NCBI GenBank assembly: GCA_000934665.2
Contig: JYFJ02003230.1
Span: 1 to 44,697 of the forward strand
Direction: 5' to 3'
DNA length: 44,697 nucleotides
Origin: Catajapyx aquilonaris
Taxonomy: Eukaryota
Positions 1-12,412 of the stretch are shown in pieces. Below the pieces are notes generated by a model, which saw nothing but the letters and a program-made list of their open reading frames with translations, was not told where the DNA came from and did not search any database. The position numbers were made by a program, and so were the translations under genes. The first letter of the stretch is position 1; the number at the start of each line of letters is the position of its first letter.

Positions 1-397
1 CATCCTTAGTGTGTTGCTTGGACTTCATGTATACATGCAATGCTCCATGTTACAGGTATGCCGACATTGTATAGCCATAATTATTGCAAAGATTACTACC
101 AAATCAATGGGTCACTCCTATGGAAAAGTATTTCATAACCCGAGCAACGCCGGGTATCCTGCTAGTAGCAACATAAGAGCAGAAAACTATCCTTCAGTTC
201 TGTACCAATAATGTGGATGGGAGCCTCTCTCATGAAATGCAAGGTATATGTGCGTACGTCAAAGATTGCAAATGCTTTCCAACATGTTGCACTTTGGGGA
301 ACTCATCCTGTACGTTACATGATCTACCCATGTAACCCCGCTGCCCCAAAACCATAATAATTATGACTTCTGAAGTAGACCGGCAGACACGGATGGA

Positions 398-700
398 ACT
401 CACCGCTGAACACTAAATTCGCCAGACTATGACCCAGCAGTTACTCTCAAGGGTCCCCTCCTGCTGCTGTCAATCTGGAAGTAAAGAGGATGTAATTAGA
501 CGGGTATTGCGAGGCTCTTACTGTGCACCTCTGTACGTACCAGTTCGTAGAAGAGAAAGAACACGTGCAGCAGAAGCAGGCCTGGTTGGTGACGCAATAA
601 AAGGGCGCGTCCAAAACGCCAAATAAACAGCCTCACAGTTCGTAATCTGGCCGGAAGAGGCGCTCTAAAAGAAAGTGTTTCTTTGTCCCCCTAGATGGCT
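398..700 (-). promoter_or_regulatory. Shared promoter/non-coding 5'UTR exon cassette, copy A; its gene presumably lies left of the window
   Basis: Minus strand TTTACTTCCAG acceptor (475-477), ~71-nt exon 404-474, GTGAGT donor (398-403). CTAGATGGCT at 691-700. Homologous to the other cassette copies. Confidence 0.55.
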
Positions 701-1429
701 ATGTACGACAGGCATCAATACAGTATGTTAATTACAGTACTTTAATTATGCTCTGATTTCAATAAAAAAGGATATGAACAATAATTGTGTATTGTACAAC
801 TTGGCAGCCTAAACCTACAATCAACTGGGGGCTCTTGAATGAAAATTATGGTGATGTGCACTCACATGCCCTATTGAGGTGGGAGAAAATTACACTTGCA
901 ACTTAATGTGCAATAAAATTTTGCTACGTATTATTCTTACATAATTCACTTGTTTTTTTTAAAAAAAAACTGTCTTTACATCCATATTTTGATAACAGGC
1001 TGCAATATTATTAGAAATGACACCACAGTATCTCAATAATGATAGCAAACCTTCAAAAGCCGACCCGTAACCATCAGTTATCACTGTGTTAGCCTCCACA
1101 CTTTACATGCACACTTTCCTAAATGTTCAATGATAAACTTTACAAAAATCTTGAAATCACAAGTGGCATGTAAACAATAGGCCTACTGCAGTATATGAGA
1201 AAATAAGGCCCAAATTTTATTGTCCTGAGTCTGGACTGGACTTTGATGTCAAAATAAGCATCACTGACTCCTTCCCTTCCCTATTGAGATCATCATTACC
1301 TTGGGGACAGATGAAGCACACATTTATTTAGGCGCGACTTAGTTTCCAAATCACTTTAGCTAGAAAGGACTACAATTTGCATTAAAGCAATATCTGAAAC
1401 GAGAATTATCCTTCAGAGAGTACAGTGTA

Positions 1430-2442
1430 CTAATCGACCAGAAATTTCACCACTTCAATATTGGAACACGTTTTCCAAGACTGAGACCTCTTCACTGCTT
1501 TCACATGTTGTACTTGACAAACTGCACACATGCGTCCTTCAGTCCTGGTGAGTCATGCATCATGGCCAAATCCAGAATGTCGAATACAGTTTCCACAGTG
1601 AAACATTTTGTAAGGTGAAGCTCACACAAGGACTTCAGACGAAGGATCTGGTACTTATCGGCTGCTGCCAGGAGCTCCATTGCCACTTCAACCTGCATGT
1701 CTTCTGGGGCTTGATCAGAGTACATGAAGTGTACGAGGCCTTTTACCACTTCAGGTTTGATGTCCTTGATAATGACCTTGCCTGTCATTTTTTCCTCAGT
1801 CTCGTGCTCAAACATGGCTGCAAACACTGGACTTCGAGCACAAAGAATATACTTGTGCACTGGAAACGCTGATCCATTTACCACCAATGTTACATCCATC
1901 ATACTTAAATCAGACGTCAAAGTCTTCTGCACATCTTCAGATAATCCAGGGCCATGAACCTCAGCACTCACTTTCACTTCCTCGTGCTTTCTCTCCAAAA
2001 AAACCTCTCCCTCACAAACCACAGTCAGGGTATCATTAGGAAGAAGGTCGGCTGCCCTCTTTGCTAACCCTTTGACAGAAATAAACTTGGAAATGCCACA
2101 TGAAAGGCAGTTCTTTTTCTTGCCATATATGTTAAAAAATGGACCTTTCGAAAGATCGCTGTTGGTGACACTCTTAATAGAGAACTTTGTCGATGCTGTT
2201 ATCGCATCACCAGCTAGATCAGGAAGGTAGTTGAGGATAAGGGAGAGATGACCTCTATCTTCCTTTCTCTTGCCATTGGGATGAAGCTCCATCGTCCACT
2301 CTCTTGGTTCAGGTCCACCAGAAGTAAATGGTTGTGATATACTTTTGTTCTCTGCTTCTAATGCTTTATATTTTCCTATAGTCCACTTGAAGTAAAATGG
2401 TTGAGTTTCTTGAGTAGAGATCATATGTTGGACATGAGCCAT
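1430..2442 (-). CDS. SPOP-like MATH-BTB protein copy 1; 313-aa ORF (1501-2442) shortened by a 2-bp insertion near the C-terminus, ancestral stop at 1430-1432
   Basis: MATH motifs (FKWTI..Y, W.MELHPNG, HLSL, LLPNDTLTV.CE) and BTB motifs (VHKYILCARSPVFAAMFEH, LLAAADKY.I.RLK..CE). The shifted frame continues VKAVKRSQSWKTCSNIEVVKFLVD*, matching the paralog ends. Confidence 0.9.
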
Positions 2443-2959
2443 TTCTCACGTGATGAGCTGTAGGTGGAAGGATCATGTTATTAATGACCAATTACCTGCA
2501 AATGCAGGAATTAAACAACATGGAGAGCTGCCCAGAGTTAACTACTTCAACAACAGAATGAGGAACTTCCAGTCAAGCACACATACATTTCAATTATTGT
2601 TCTTTGTTGAAATAAAATATCCCATGAGACTTAAGTGTGCAGCATATGCATGACTCTAATAATTACAGTAATGTTGGCCATAAACAACCACAGTCTCAGT
2701 CAGCAGGATCCAAAAATAAGGGCTTTTTTTGTTAAATCAATTAATAAGTTCCTCAAGCAAAATATGAATTTGCCACATGTCAAGTATTACACTGAATCCA
2801 CACAGTTGAAGTGATGTGTAGCATACCCTGTTGTATTCCATGCTGAGGTGTACTGTATTACTCTGAGGCACACCTGTGTTGATTATGTCAGTACTTTTTT
2901 TTTCTTGTCATAATACTCCATACATAATGCAATATAACAACTTTATATACATAGTGTAT

Positions 2960-4260
2960 ATACATATGGACATTCAGATAGGATTTTAAAGTAATACTAA
3001 TTACAACAATTTATTATTTAAATTAACTCGTCTCCAAAAAATGTCGGATGCCACATTCAATAAACTTAAAATAATGCCCTGCATACCACTGTACTACAAA
3101 TTAAATCCAAAAATTATTGTAAGTTACTGTTAAAACCACACATGACATTCAAGAGACAAGCTTTGATTAATCTGAAATTTGGTTGACTCCACTTCAAGAC
3201 AGCTTGAATTTGGTACTCCAGTGTACACTTTTCAGTGGAGTGGTTAACCCCTTGGTTTGACACTTGCAGGCCATGTGGACATGCATGTGACGACAAGAGA
3301 GGCCAATTCGCCAACAATGGAGGCTTCTGACCATTATATTGGTGACTTCTTGTCCCCTTTACACCCATCTCTTGTTCTTTAACTGGTCTTTTGCACCCTT
3401 TGAAATCTGGCAGGCACACAGCAACTTAGGTAACCTGATATCTGGTGTAATAATTCTTACAATGCTCTCTCACTGCTCATAGTACACTGGGACCAGAATA
3501 AACGGGAAGTCAACAAAGCATGTGAATCCTCTCTAATACACTCACCAGTGGACACCAAACACACCAGACCACAGCTAGTCCTTTGGCAGTCACCAGAAAT
3601 GATCCGTCCTGCCTGCTGCCATCCTGGAAGAAAAGAGGATGCGAGTGAAGTGGTCGTGAGCTTGCTGTATTCCAGTGCACTGTACCTGAACCTCTGTATG
3701 AACACTGCGAGATGCACCACAGACACGTGCATATGTATAAGTATGGCTGGCAACGTGATAATAGGTGTGTGAGAAGTCACAGACTCAGATCTTGTTATCT
3801 GGATCACAGAGGAAATCAAAAAGAAATAATTCCTCAGAATGGCTTGCTGGGCAGGTGGAAATTAATTCACTGTAGGACACTTTTACTGTTTCCTGGATAC
3901 AATATATGTTGTTTTGGTGTCCAGGGGTTTGTTTGGAATGCCAAGGGAGTTCTGCATTGGCTGTCCTATTAGACGGATGTCTTGTGGCTTCGTCCCTATA
4001 GTATAGTGTATCCTGCAAGCTGTTTTGTAAAATACAATATAATATTGTGTGTCGTCTGTGCAAAGAAAGTTCTTGACTATTCCTTCTCTAGTTGAACAAC
4101 CCTGGCGAGCATTGGTTGCTTCAGTGCTCCCCTGATTTCAATAAAAATGTGATGAACAAATGTTTCCCATATGAAGATGGTGCAGCATTAATTTACAACC
4201 AAAGGACACGCTCATTACCATAATTTCTAAAATTAAAAATTAATATGCAACAAGATTACT
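2960..4260. repeat. Segmental duplication of the non-coding upstream region; paralogous to ~6895-8520
   Basis: Collinear shared blocks, e.g. GATGCCACATTCAATAAACTTAAAAT (~3047 and ~7325), CTAATACACTCACCAGTGGACAC (~3533 and ~7763), CCATAATTTCTAAAATT.AAAATTAATATGCAAC (~4219 and ~8488). Confidence 0.85.
3540..3800 (-). promoter_or_regulatory. Shared 5'UTR cassette, copy B (for MATH-BTB copy 1)
   Basis: Acceptor CAG 3624-3626, exon 3546-3623, donor GTGAGT 3540-3545. A second acceptor at 2458-2460 lies just upstream of the ATG. Confidence 0.6.
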
Positions 4261-4633
4261 TCTTTATGGACCACCAAGTGAGGGCTTGTTTTTAACAAGT
4301 GATGATAACAGTTAGGTTGCAGATCTCTTGAATGGATTGATTAAAATGGCTAGAATGTGCACTCACATGCACCAATGTCAAAGCCAAATAAAGCCCCAAC
4401 CTTCACGCCAAGACTACACTGGACTTTGCATTCAACACAAGCGCAAGGGTTGCTGACAAAAATGATTATTTCCGGTGTCCATTGTTAGGGGAATTAATTT
4501 AGGCCAAGACACACCCTCTGCAGATGTGATCTAATTTCCTAAACCGCTTATACTTGTACAGTACAAGTAGGGAATACAATGCAATACATTAAAACAATAT
4601 CTGAAACAAGTTATCCTGTACTAATCAAATGTA

Positions 4634-5644
4634 CTAATCAACCAGAAATTTCAATGTTTCGACATTGGTACACTCTTTCCAAGACTGAGACTCCTTCACG
4701 TCTTTCACATTGGACTTGACAAACTTCACACACTCTTCCATCAGTTTTGATGAGTCATGCATCATGGCCAAATTCAGAATGTCTAGTACAGTGTCCACAT
4801 GCAAACATTTTGTAAGGTGAATCTCACACAAGGACTTCAGACGTAGAATCTGATACTTATCGGCAGCTACCACGAGTTCCATTGCCAACTCAACCTGCAT
4901 GTCTTCTGGTGCTTGATCAGAGTAAATGAAGTGTACCAGGCCTTGCACCACTTCAGGTTTGAAGTCCTTGATGATAACCTTGCCTGTCCTTTTTTCTTCA
5001 GTCTCATGTTCAAACATGGCTGCAAACACTGGGCTTCGAGCACAAAGAATAAACTTGTGGACTGGAAACACTGACCCATTTACCACCAATGTTACATCTC
5101 TACTTGAATTTGACTTCAAAGCCTGCTGCACATCTTCAGATATGCAAGGGCCATGAACCTCAACATCCTCTTTCACCTCCTCATCCTTTCTTTCCAACAT
5201 GACCTCTAGCTCACACACTACAGTCAGGGTATCATTAGGAAGGAGGTCAGATGCCCTCCTTGCCAACTCTTGGACAGAAATAAATTTAGATTTACCCCAG
5301 GCTAGGGAGCTGTTTTCCTTTCCATATACATTAACAACTCTGGCTGTTGAATAGTCATTGTTGGTGGCACTCTTAATAGAGAACTTTCTTGATGCTGTGA
5401 TGGCATCACCAGTTTGATCAGGGCAGTAGATGAGGTAAAGTGAGAGATGACCACTAGAATCCTTACGAGCACATTTGGGATGAAGCTCCATCATCCACTT
5501 TCTTATCGGTTCAGACCCACCAGTAGTAAATGGCTGGGATATACTTTTGCCCTCCTCTGCTAAAGTGCTATATTTTTCTATAGTCCACTTGAAGCAAAAT
5601 GGTTGAGTTTGTAGAGCAGAGACCATATGTTGGACATTAGACAT
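4634..5644 (-). CDS. SPOP-like MATH-BTB protein copy 2 (336 aa, intact, intronless CDS)
   Basis: Complete MATH, BTB and BACK-like tail: HLSLYL, WGKSKF, VHKFILCARSPVFAAMFEH, AADKYQILRLKSLCE. Confidence 0.93.
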   Translation of the reverse strand: MSNVQHMVSALQTQPFCFKWTIEKYSTLAEEGKSISQPFTTGGSEPIRKWMMELHPKCARKDSSGHLSLYLIYCPDQTGDAITASRKFSIKSATNNDYSTARVVNVYGKENSSLAWGKSKFISVQELARRASDLLPNDTLTVVCELEVMLERKDEEVKEDVEVHGPCISEDVQQALKSNSSRDVTLVVNGSVFPVHKFILCARSPVFAAMFEHETEEKRTGKVIIKDFKPEVVQGLVHFIYSDQAPEDMQVELAMELVVAADKYQILRLKSLCEIHLTKCLHVDTVLDILNLAMMHDSSKLMEECVKFVKSNVKDVKESQSWKECTNVETLKFLVD

Positions 5645-6958
5645 TTCGCAGTTGGTGAGCTGTAGGAGGAAGGATCACTACATTAATATATTATATTATT
5701 ACCAATTATTTCTTGCAAATGCCGGAAGTAAACAGGACATAATACAATTTTTACATAATTACATAATTGACATTTACAATTGAAAATTGACAATGAAAAT
5801 TGACAATTACATAATTGAAGTAGATACCGCACAGAGAAATATTTCACTGGACATTTCATTCGCGTAAAATTGCTTTTCACTGAAATATTTCATTAATGAA
5901 CATCATGGCAATGGCACAGAAAGCATGAAAGTGTACATGATGTGACTAAAAAGTTCAGTGAATATTCAGATATCACAAAATTCAATGCATTCAATAAGTT
6001 TTAGCATGTGCATGGACATTCAGGTACATGTCTGGAAGTGCCTCCTAGCATGGAGTACGCCTGGCCACAACTGCACTTCCAGCGCAGCCATTCTAGAATA
6101 GTCTGCATGAGGTGGCATCAAACAGCTAAGTTCTGATTCAAATGAAAGGAAATGGTTGCAAAGACGAAATGCTGATCAAAGTGTAAAGGAAGGACACTGC
6201 AACCATAAAATGTGCAAATGATTGGTTTACCCTAATTTAAAGCAGAACTTAGTGTTAGTGTTGCATTGTTGCTCCATTGCTGTTCAACACCACCGCTCAC
6301 ACAGATTGCGGTCAAATGACTGCAGCAACAGTATATTTGTAGCCGCCACTCATACTCTATGCCAGATGGATGTTAGTGCTCATGCTCAAACTTGTTGCAT
6401 GGACAAAATTCGAGACATCTGAACATCCACCTAACTTTTTAGCCACACCACTTATGTCTAGTAGGTTGAAATTTTACAATGTCCACCCTTGACCCTGAGT
6501 GAAACCTTGACTTGCTCATTACCTGGGCCTACACAACCATGCAATTCCAGCTGTCATAATAAATTATGAAGTGCACTCCAAGCCCAATCCAAGTATGCTG
6601 ATCACTTGTTATAAAATATTTTGCTTGAAGCTGTTATTTGTGTATAGACCAGTGCTTATTTCTGGCAATATTTGTGATAACTAACAACAACCCTGACACT
6701 TGAGACACCCTGTGTACAAGCTTAAATGGTCCGCAAATAATTAATTAATAGCCATTCCAACAAGAATAAGTTATGCTATGACTTGATTTGGTTGTTAAGC
6801 ACGGAAAATGAACAATGCAAAAGGACAGGCTTCCAGCCCTTAAATAACAACAAAACTGTAATGGCATCTGAATGGTGATAATGCATGAAATAAGTACATA
6901 GACATTCAGATAGCATACAAATGACAATAACTCAACATTTAAATACTCATGAATACAA

Positions 6959-7296
6959 GGGAAGGCGGAGTGGCGCTGCGGTAACTTATGCGCCCACGGA
7001 TGGAAGAGTTTTGGGTTCAATCCCAAGCCCGGGCATTCCCCCCTTTCATCTCGTACGGAGTTCAGGGTCATCTCCAGCTTCGTCTAGGGTGGGATTTTCA
7101 ATAAACGAACCACCCGGGGGAGCTCACAAAATGACCATAGCAACGACATTGCACATCCCCTCCCAGTCACCCTGCCTTTGGACCAGGGCTCTTCGTTGTC
7201 CAAATTAATATACATCTTGGCAAATAAAGGTCCATGTCAAAACCTCAGCTGAGGTACGTCACTATACCCAATTATTATTATTATTATTATTATTAT
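6959..7296 (+). mobile_element. tRNA-derived SINE
   Basis: A-box-like TGGCGCTGCGG, B-box-like GGTTCAATCCC, (ATT)n tail, 15-bp TSD TACTCATGAATACAA (6944-6958 and 7297-7311). A related copy lies at 41442-41793. Confidence 0.85.
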
Positions 7297-7769
7297 TACT
7301 CATGAATACAAAAAAAATATGGTTGATGCCACATTCAATAAACTTAAAATCATGTGCTGCGAGCTACTGTACTATAAGTTAAACCACAAGACTGTACTTT
7401 TAGAATCACACATATGACACTCAAAAGACAAGCTTGTTTAACCAGTTTTTTAAAAGTCACATCACGACAGCGTGAATATTCCAAGTTTGACACTTGCATG
7501 GCCATGCTGACATGCATGTGAAGACAAGAGAGGCCAAATTCACCAACAATGGACAAGGCTGCTGGCTACGTACTGGTGGCTTCTTGTCCCCTTTTACAGC
7601 CATCTCTTGTCTTGTCTTTTTCAGACTTTGAAACCTGGCAGGCATACAGCCATGTAGGTAACCTAGCATCTGTCATAATGATTCTCACAATGCTGCCTCA
7701 TATTGCTCATAGTGCATTGGGACCAGAATAAACATGAAGACATCAAATCAAGTGAATCCCTTCTAATAC

Positions 7770-8010
7770 ACTCACCAGTGGACACTAAAATCACCAGACC
7801 ACAGCTAGACTTTGTCATTTGCCATTCACCAGAAAGGATCCATCCTCCTGCCGCCACCCTGGAAGTAATAAAGATGATGCGAGTAAGATGGTCATGAACT
7901 AGCCCTATATATTCCAGTGCACTGTACCTTCACTTCTGTACGAACACTGCCAGACACACCAGATGTAACTATGGCTGGCGACGTAATGACAGGCGTGTCA
8001 GAGTTCAGAG
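7770..8010 (-). promoter_or_regulatory. Shared 5'UTR cassette, copy C (for MATH-BTB copy 2)
   Basis: Acceptor CAG 7859-7861, exon 7776-7858, donor GTGAGT 7770-7775. Confidence 0.6.
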
Positions 8011-9688
8011 ACTCACAGTTTGGTATTTGACCAGCAGAGGAGCTCAAAAAGATATTCCTTGGAATGGTTCTGTTGGGCAGGCAGCAATTTATTTATTACA
8101 AAACTGTAGTGTCCATGCAACAGGACACTTTACTTTGCCTGGACACTGGGCTGAACAAAATGTTGTTTTGGTGACCAAGGGTTTGTTTGGAATGTCAAGT
8201 GAGTTCTGGATTGGTCGTCCTCCTATGCATATGCACGTCTTGTTGCTTTGTCCTGATTATTGGCTCTGAAAGTAGTTTTATTTTGTTTTTTAAGGTACGA
8301 TTGGAATAGATGTGTGCACGAAAAAAGTTACAGATTATTCCTTCGAGTTGAACAACCTTGGTTGGCATCGGTTACTTCAGTAATTTTATTTATCATTCAT
8401 TTAGGCTAGTTGCTCTCCTGATTTCAACAAAAATGTGGCGAACAAAATAATGTTTCCTATGTGAAGACTAGATGAACTTGTTCATTTCCATAATTTCTAA
8501 AATTCAAAATTAATATGCAACCAGCTATAGTCTCCAGATATGTAATTACATAATTTTGAAAAATGCTTTTCATGCTACACTTTGGATCACATTATTTTGG
8601 AATACAGTTTCTACAATAACACAATTCCCCATACACAAATGCCTCGGTGTAGATTTTTGTGAGCGGTTGTCTTTCATGCTACTGAAATTATTTAATTTCA
8701 TAAAGTCCGACCCGACACGGTACCTAGAAATAGAACATTACCACAAATGATCCATCATTTTTTGAATCATAATTTCTCATCAAACATTTCTTCACCCATT
8801 TTTATACACCACAAAGTGTATAAGTTCACTGTGACTCTTTTCCTGATCTGTCTGACATTTACATAAATATTAGTCATTAGTCACACCAAATGTGTATCAC
8901 AAAAATATCCAGACTTTAACCAATTACAGTATCATTAACATGCTTTTTTTTACCTTTGAAAGGATGGAGCACTCATTTTTGCCAATGTAGACAAGAGTCC
9001 TTAAAATTTTTTAAAATGCGGTAGCTTTAAAATTACATTGTGGATGAGAAACTACTGCATGAAAATATCCACCACTAATATTAGGCGGATTACATGCATC
9101 TTGTGAGAAAAATATTTTGAGTTTATCCAAAATGCTGAAAAAACAAAACAAAAATCACTGGAACACTGCGTATATTGGACAAACACAAACGAGTCATTTC
9201 CTCAAATATCTAACTTCCAACTTTGGATGGACATGCCGAGCCCTGTGGATCCTATGCTTAAGTGCCTTTTTTTGTAGGCTACAGTCAACTGCTGAACCAC
9301 AGAACTCTTAAGAGTCATGATTCAAATGGTTAGAATATGCACTTGCATGCACTAGTGAGGTTTAAATAAATCACACCAGCATCTTAATCTGTGCAAAACT
9401 GCACAACATTTTATTCTTACAACTTCAATTACATTTACTTGTCCATTTTGATAAAATAATTGAATAATCAGTACAAAATGACACTAACATCTAAATAACA
9501 AATAACGAAACTTCAAAGGCAAACAAATGACCGATATTAATTAAATCGGTAACCACTCAGTTGGTGTTTGCACACTCTACATGAACACATGCTTAAAAGG
9601 ATTGGATATCTGATTAAATATGTTATTTTTGATGGCGGTTATGTAAGTGATCAATGATCCTGTATGTTGCTAATCCATTTACTACATA

Positions 9689-9923
9689 CAGGGTGTTCCA
9701 AGTTTGTAGGTCGCTTTTAGTTATCACTGATATAATATGAAGTAGTTATTTTCGTGTAACTTGTTGTGCCCCGATCCAGGTGCCCCATTACTCGCAGGTG
9801 GTTGAATGTAGCAGCAGGTAGCAGTGTCTATATGATAATGCACCTGATTAGGGGCACAACAAGCTACAAAATAATAACAGCTTTGAGCATAACTGAAAGG
9901 GTCCACAAACTTGGACCACCCTC
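9689..9923. mobile_element. Tc1/mariner-type MITE
   Basis: TA|CAGGGTGTTCCAAGTTTGT ... ACAAACTTGGACCACCCTC|TA terminal inverted repeats (2 mismatches). Internal sequence shared with ~29095-29297. Confidence 0.7.
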
Positions 9924-10062
9924 TATATATATTTTTACATCCGTGCTCTAGTTGATGTATCCCCCTACCACAGGGTAAGTAAATAATAAATAATCAAACG
10001 AGCAATTCAATCCATTACATTCAATCAATGTCAGCAACAAGTGTTATCCTACAAAATGTACA

Positions 10063-10113
10063 CTAATCAAACAGAAACTTCAGTATTTCAACATTTCTGC
10101 AATCTTTCCAAGA
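10063..10113 (-). pseudogene. 3'-terminal remnant of a minus-strand MATH-BTB gene
   Basis: Reads SWKDCRNVEILKFLFD*, matching the paralog C-termini. The 3' flank at ~9320-10060 resembles the flanks of copies 1 and 2. Confidence 0.8.
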
Positions 10114-10624
10114 TGTGCAGCAACATTTGAAGTCAACCTGGGGCGATGTAACATTGGTTGCAAATGATGGGTCAGAGTTTCCGGTGCACCAGTTTATTAT
10201 TTGTGCTCGAAGTCCAGTCTTCGCCGCCATGTTTGAGCACAAGACTAAGAAAAAAATGACAGGCAAGGTCATTATAAAGGACCTGAAGCCTGAAGTGGTA
10301 AAAGGCCTCGTACACTTCATTTACTCTGATGAAGCCCCAGAAGACATGCAGGTTGAGTTGGCAATGGAGCTCCTGAAAGCGGCAGATAAGTATCAGATTC
10401 TTCGTCTGAAGTACTCGTGTGAGCTTCACCTTACAAAATGTTTGACTGTGGAAAAAGTACTGGACATTCTGGATTTGGCCATAGTGCATGACTCACCAAA
10501 ACTGAAGGAAGAGTGTTTGAAGTTTTTCAAATCCAATGTGAAAGAGATGAAGGGGTCACAGACTTGGAAAGAGTGCACCAATGTTGAAGTCATGAGGATT
10601 CTTCTTGATTACTGTGTCCTGTAA
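10110..10624 (+). pseudogene. 5'-truncated, BTB-only MATH-BTB fragment (copy 3)
   Basis: Starts at the (E)DVQQ linker without ATG or MATH domain. The frame is open through BTB/BACK to ...LLDYCVL*. Confidence 0.85.
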
Positions 10625-10779
10625 GTCAGGGCTTACTGTATAGCTTGCAGCTCCACACAATAGCGTGCAGTTCTAAAAGCCAAAATTTGTGCAGTCCTGA
10701 ATGTAGTCAGCCGAAAAAAATGCCAAATCATGAAACACAAAAGCCAGTATAGTAACCATGGAATCAGTTCTATTGCCAC

Positions 10780-11020
10780 ACGCAGAGCCATCTATTTATA
10801 CTTGAACTCCTCCAGCCAGTGTTGACACTTGTAATCCGCATTCGGAACACATCTCCGTCCAAGACTGGTGAGACGGCAGCACCGGTGTCGCAGTGTTCCT
10901 TACAGAGGTGCAGGTACAGTGCACTGAAAGAGCTAGTTCATGACCATCTTACTCACTTTCGCTCTCCTTTCCAGGATGGTTGCAACAGCACGTATGGCTT
11001 GAAAATAATTATACCTGCAG
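10780..11020 (+). promoter_or_regulatory. Shared 5'UTR cassette, copy D, with most of the second intron deleted (for copy 4)
   Basis: GCCATCTA at ~10787, AGGTACAGTGCACTG, CTCCTTTCCAG acceptor ending 10974, then CCTGCAG acceptor at 11020. Confidence 0.55.
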
Positions 11021-11035
11021 CTGATCAACTCGGAA

Positions 11036-12091
11036 ATGGCTGGCCACCAACACATTTTCTTGACTCAAGAAAGTCAACCATTTGACTTCGACTGGACTAT
11101 TAAGAACTACAATAGAATAGCAAAAAAAACTATGTTACATCTAAGCCATTAACTTCTGGTGGACCTCTACCAAGAAAGTGGGTGGTGAAGCTTTTTCCCA
11201 ATGGCTATGGTAAGGAACATCATGGTCATATCTCCCTTTACGTATACTACTGGCCTGATCAAGCTGATGACAAGGTCACAACATCACTTAAGCTCTCAAT
11301 TAAGAGTGCCACCAACAATGATTATTCAAAGGGTCCAGTTGATCACGTATTTACATGTATCAGGAAAGAGAGCTTCCTTAACATGGGTTATAGACGTACC
11401 AAGAAAAAAACCTGCCTCGCCTGGAGTTATCCTAAATTTATTTCCAACCAAGAGTTAGACAAGATGGCATCTGACCTCCTTCCTAACGATACCCTTACCT
11501 TGATTTGTGAGGGAGATTTCTTCTTGGAAAGGGAGGGAGTGAAGGAGAGGACTGAAGTATGTGGCCTTGGATTATCTGAAGATGTGCAGCAATATTTGAA
11601 GTCAAGGAAGAGAGATGTAACATTGGTTTCAAATGGGAAAGGGTGTCCAGTCCACAAGTTTATTCTTTGTGCTCGAAGCCCAGTGTTTGCAGCCATGTTT
11701 GAACACGACACCAAAGAGAACAGGACAGGCAGGGTTTTCATCAAGGACTTCAAGCCTGTGGTGGTGAAGGGCTTCGTACACTTCATGTATTCTGATCAAG
11801 CCCCAGAAGACATGCAGGTTGAGTTGGCAATGGAACTCCTTTTAGCTGCAGATTAAGTATCAGATTCTTCGTCTGAAGTCCTTGTGTGAGCTTCACCTTA
11901 CAAAATGTTTGACTGTGGAAAAAGTACTGGACATTCTGGAACTGGCCATGATGCATAACTCGTCAAGACTGAAGGAAGAATGTCTGAAGTTTATCAAGTC
12001 CAATGTGAAAGACGTGAAGGGGTCTCAGTCTTGGAAGAAGTGTAACAATATTGAAGTGATTAGGATTCTCTTTGATTACTGTCTTCTGTAG
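11036..12091 (+). pseudogene. SPOP-like MATH-BTB copy 4 with two frameshifts
   Basis: ATG 11036 (MAGHQHIFLTQESQPFDFDWTIKNY). One base is missing in the A8 run at 11122-11129, and an extra T at ~11853 turns GAT AAG into GAT TAA. The remainder aligns to paralogs through ...LFDYCLL*. Confidence 0.85.
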
Positions 12092-12412
12092 GATAATTTG
12101 ATTCAGATGTTTTTTTCATGTACAGCGCAACATTCCTTTCTTGTTGTTGATTACCAATGTTCTGTTGTGCCCATATAATTTTGTCATCTAGAAATGTTAT
12201 TTCGGTGCAGGTTCTATCTCATTTTTCATATACACTTCCAGTCTGTTAAGGAGGTTTATATTTTGTTTGTTCTAATATATCCAATGGTTGCTTTCACATT
12301 CTGCAAAATGGAGATTTTTATTTCGTTTTTTCCAGTAATATTCTTAACATCTGGCAGAATTAATTTTGCAGATACATTAGGCCCATGCAGAGCTTGTCTG
12401 AGACAATTTCAA

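Noticed and set aside
5740..5895. AATTAC/AATTGAC-rich quasi-repeat upstream of copy 2
   Set aside because: Low-complexity AT-rich sequence with no definable unit or ends.
6959..7040. tRNA gene (also 41715-41793)
   Set aside because: A and B boxes are present, but each is followed by a shared non-tRNA body, a simple-repeat tail and a TSD, so these are SINE heads.
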